From the NCBI RefSeq assembly GCF_964213995.1, contig NC_135817.1:59396001-59460000 (forward strand): a stretch of 64,000 nt of DNA. The letters are read 5' to 3'. Origin of the DNA: Mustelus asterias. Taxonomy: Eukaryota. Below the pieces are notes generated by a model, which was not told the DNA's origin, searched no databases, and saw nothing but the letters and a program-made list of their open reading frames with translations. Below, in pieces: positions 61,033 through 64,000 of the stretch (its first letter is position 1; each line of letters begins with the position of its first letter). The translations under genes and the position numbers were made by a program.

Positions 61033-64000
61033 GCTAAAATAAACTTTAAACTTAAGTCCCTGAAGTACCACGTCTCCACATGCGTGTGGTGACAACCTCC
61101 ACTTTCGCAATAGAATGTTGTAAATAATTCAGCAAGTTTAAGAATTTTAATTTCCTTTTCAAGGCTTAAAGAACTTTGAACAGTTGCCTTTGCCAAGCCC
61201 CAAATAAAGTAATGGTTTTAAGCATGTTGACATAATTGATAAGTTTCTGCTTTCACTGACTTCTCAATAAGAAACATAAACACATTTTGGATTGAATGGA
61301 ACAATAGTGCTATTTGTTTCTACATTAACCTGATGGAACAAAACTTGGGTGGAGTTTAAAAATAGAAAAGCATAGGGGATTGTCATTTAAATTGAACTTG
61401 TGTTCTCTTATGATTTTATTCCATTGGTGGTTTAACACTTGTAATAAAACTTGCAACTGAAAAGCATATCTGCAAATCCTTGGTAAGTAAATGTAAAAGG
61501 CCTCCAGGTTAGGCATATTTTACACCATATTTGCCTAAACAGTAAGGTAACTGAATGTTTATACTTGTGATTTGACTCGTTATCCAGCAGCTTTCCTTGT
61601 GGCTTTCTTTTATTATCTCTCTTCACTGACTTGAACATAATCTGTCCAGCACTGACCTAGGTCAATGGAACTAAATCAACTGAGACATTGTAAAACACCT
61701 GCTAGTTTAAAAGCATTTATTTTATTAAAGTATTAATGAATATTCCAGTGTATGCAAGGTTAGATTTTTATTTTCATTTAAGATATTGAACTGAGATTCA
61801 TTTTTGGTTGTTTTTTAATTGTGTCTAATATGCAGTGTTTTCTGACTGCCACATAGTAGTGTTGGGTCTTGTAAATATAAAAATGGTAGATTTGCCACGG
61901 ATCTGTTGGCATAGTTTGAAATTAACAATAAATACTTATCAATGTTAATTTACAGGAAAACCTAGCAAGAAATTTTGAGGGTGAAATGTTAATGGAAAAG
62001 TTGGGCATTGTTTACTGTGTAATTGGTCATAAATATATGTACTTGTTGGTAATGAAAGTAGGTAAGATTGGCACACTGCAACTGTGTGCAGCTTGAACCC
62101 TAGGTGTGATAAAATGATAGGATTGATACCATGCATGACATTTCTGAGCAGAATTAATGGGACTATCAAGATGAGAAATTTGATTCCCAAATTATTTGTG
62201 GAATATTTAATTTTCTTTGTAAGTTTTAACATTTTTTGAGAAGTCAAGGTTTGGAACAAGGCTTGTACTGCAGGACACTATCAAAGTAGAAGAGAAGACT
62301 AGGTAAATTTAAATGGGTACTTAATTGCAACTCAGGTTTTTGAAAGACATGATTGTGAAAGGAAGGATTTGGGTGGAAGCAGTAAGGAGTTTCTTAGCTT
62401 GGGAGCTGGTAAAGAATAGAATCTGTAGAATGGATCTTGGTTTCAATGTAGGGAGGAAATAGAATGTAAAAGATTGTTTATTCGGAACTTTGAAATGAGG
62501 AAGGTACGAAGCATTGTATTGATATTCTTAAGATCGGGCTGTCCTGGGATGTGAGAATTTCCTTTTCTAACATTAAGGAGTCTTGCAGCAAACTTGATTT
62601 ATGGAGGTCTTTGGGGATGTTTGACACAGACCATACTTATTACTTTAATAATGTTTTAACATCTTCATTATTAGAAAAGAAGGTGAAGCAAAATAATGGA
62701 GTATGGGTAACAATTGTTTGCAAAATATTTAAAGGTCAGTGCTTTTGATGGTTTGGAAGAAACCCCATTCCATTGTCTCATTAAAGAAGCTAGAAAAGGT
62801 TGTTATATAATTCAACAATGTCAGTGTGTTCTGGTTGGAATCATACTGCGGGGGCCATTCAGTTTCATGTGGCTGTTCTTTGAACAAATTATTCAGTTCC
62901 ACTTCCTTGCTGCTTCAGTTTCCTTTTGGAATTTACTATTGAATTTGCTTCCACCATTCTTTCGATCAGTGTGATTTAGGTTGTGACTTTCTGCGTCTAG
63001 AAACTTTCCTCATCAACCTTCTGATTCTTTTGCAAATTATATTAAATGTGCCCCCTGGTTACTGGCCCTGCTAGTAGTGGAAACGTTTACTCCCAAAACT
63101 TACTGCCTCTACATGAAGGAGAGTAACCCCAGTTTCTCTGGCGTTTCTACATAACTGAAGTTCCTCATGTCTGGCACAATTCAAAAGGGTCTTTGTACAC
63201 TCTCCAAAGTTATTATGCTCTTCCTAAAGTGATTTGAATATGCCAGCAAACTTAAAAGGGCAAGGAAAAATAGGATGAGGTAAAGGGACAGAACAAAAAA
63301 GTGAAAAGTTTTTCAAAAATTCCAAGTATAATTAAAATCTCAAGGTGTGCAACTTCACACTTAAAACAATTAATGAACCTAACTATTTCTGGAATGTTTA
63401 GTGGGGTAAGTGCTACAGCTTCACTCGCTCCCTTCAGATATTTCAATGCTGGATCTCTTGGTGAGGTATCATTGTGGCACAGCTTTTGGAAGAGCAGGGA
63501 AAACAGACAGCAACTTATTAAACTGCGTATGTGTGGACAATGGAAGTGGTTATCCACTTCCCTAAAACCGTTGAGCACTAAGCCTCATTGCTATTCTTGC
63601 ATCAAAATGTGGGCAACTATTTAGAAGCGCATATTTTTGAGGGTGGTGGATAAACCCTATAAAATTTTAATGGAATACTGAATGGAGGATGAAATAAATT
63701 ACCCAGCACCAAACGTTGCTATTTTAAAATCTTGCTTACTATGTTGTGCAGGACGTACTATTGGAACCTCAGGATGTACTATTGGAACCTCATGAAAATT
63801 TGTTTATGCATGTCTTTTGTGCAAGAATTAGTAATTTAAGTAGTTGGATAAATGCGCAGTAAAATACATTGTGCATTAACAGAGTAGCTTGGAATTTGTG
63901 ACCACTTAAGACTAGCTTGGAATTTGTGAACACTCAGGCGATCTCTTTCTCAATCTTGCAAAACACCCTCATCATGAACTGGAGACATTACCTCCAACCA

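Noticed and set aside
57125-64000. SLC5A3 coding exon
   Set aside because: No long ORF or SLC5 motif in this interval; it probably lies beyond the window.

Overview
Repeat-rich vertebrate genomic DNA, most likely from a shark or other elasmobranch (inferred from many HE1/V-SINE-like and Deu-domain SINE copies, CR1 LINEs and Penelope-derived repeats). Two host genes are recognisable, although the ORF track misses them because they are spliced. ATP5PO (ATP synthase OSCP) is complete on the minus strand: 7 exons, 16166-32889, 211 aa. The first coding exon of MRPS6 is on the plus strand at 57080-57124, head-to-head with ATP5PO as in mammals, where this exon is shared with the nested SLC5A3 gene. 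The rest is mostly transposon debris: nested CR1s, L1, Rex/Babar-like LINEs, a hAT fossil split by a solo LTR, a Penelope GIY-YIG remnant and a full-length but frameshifted Gypsy element. The most unusual observations are: (1) a ~330 bp, highly structured, A-tailed insertion with two U2 snRNA 5' segments; (2) a Gypsy element with no tRNA PBS but a 12-nt perfect complement to its own LTR poly(A) signal region, plus a YLDN RT motif; (3) minimal hammerhead ribozyme motifs in Penelope-derived palindromes; (4) a 35-bp minisatellite just upstream of the ATP5PO start that repeats TonE-consensus and NRF1-like motifs. All coordinates were read by eye and repeat boundaries are approximate.
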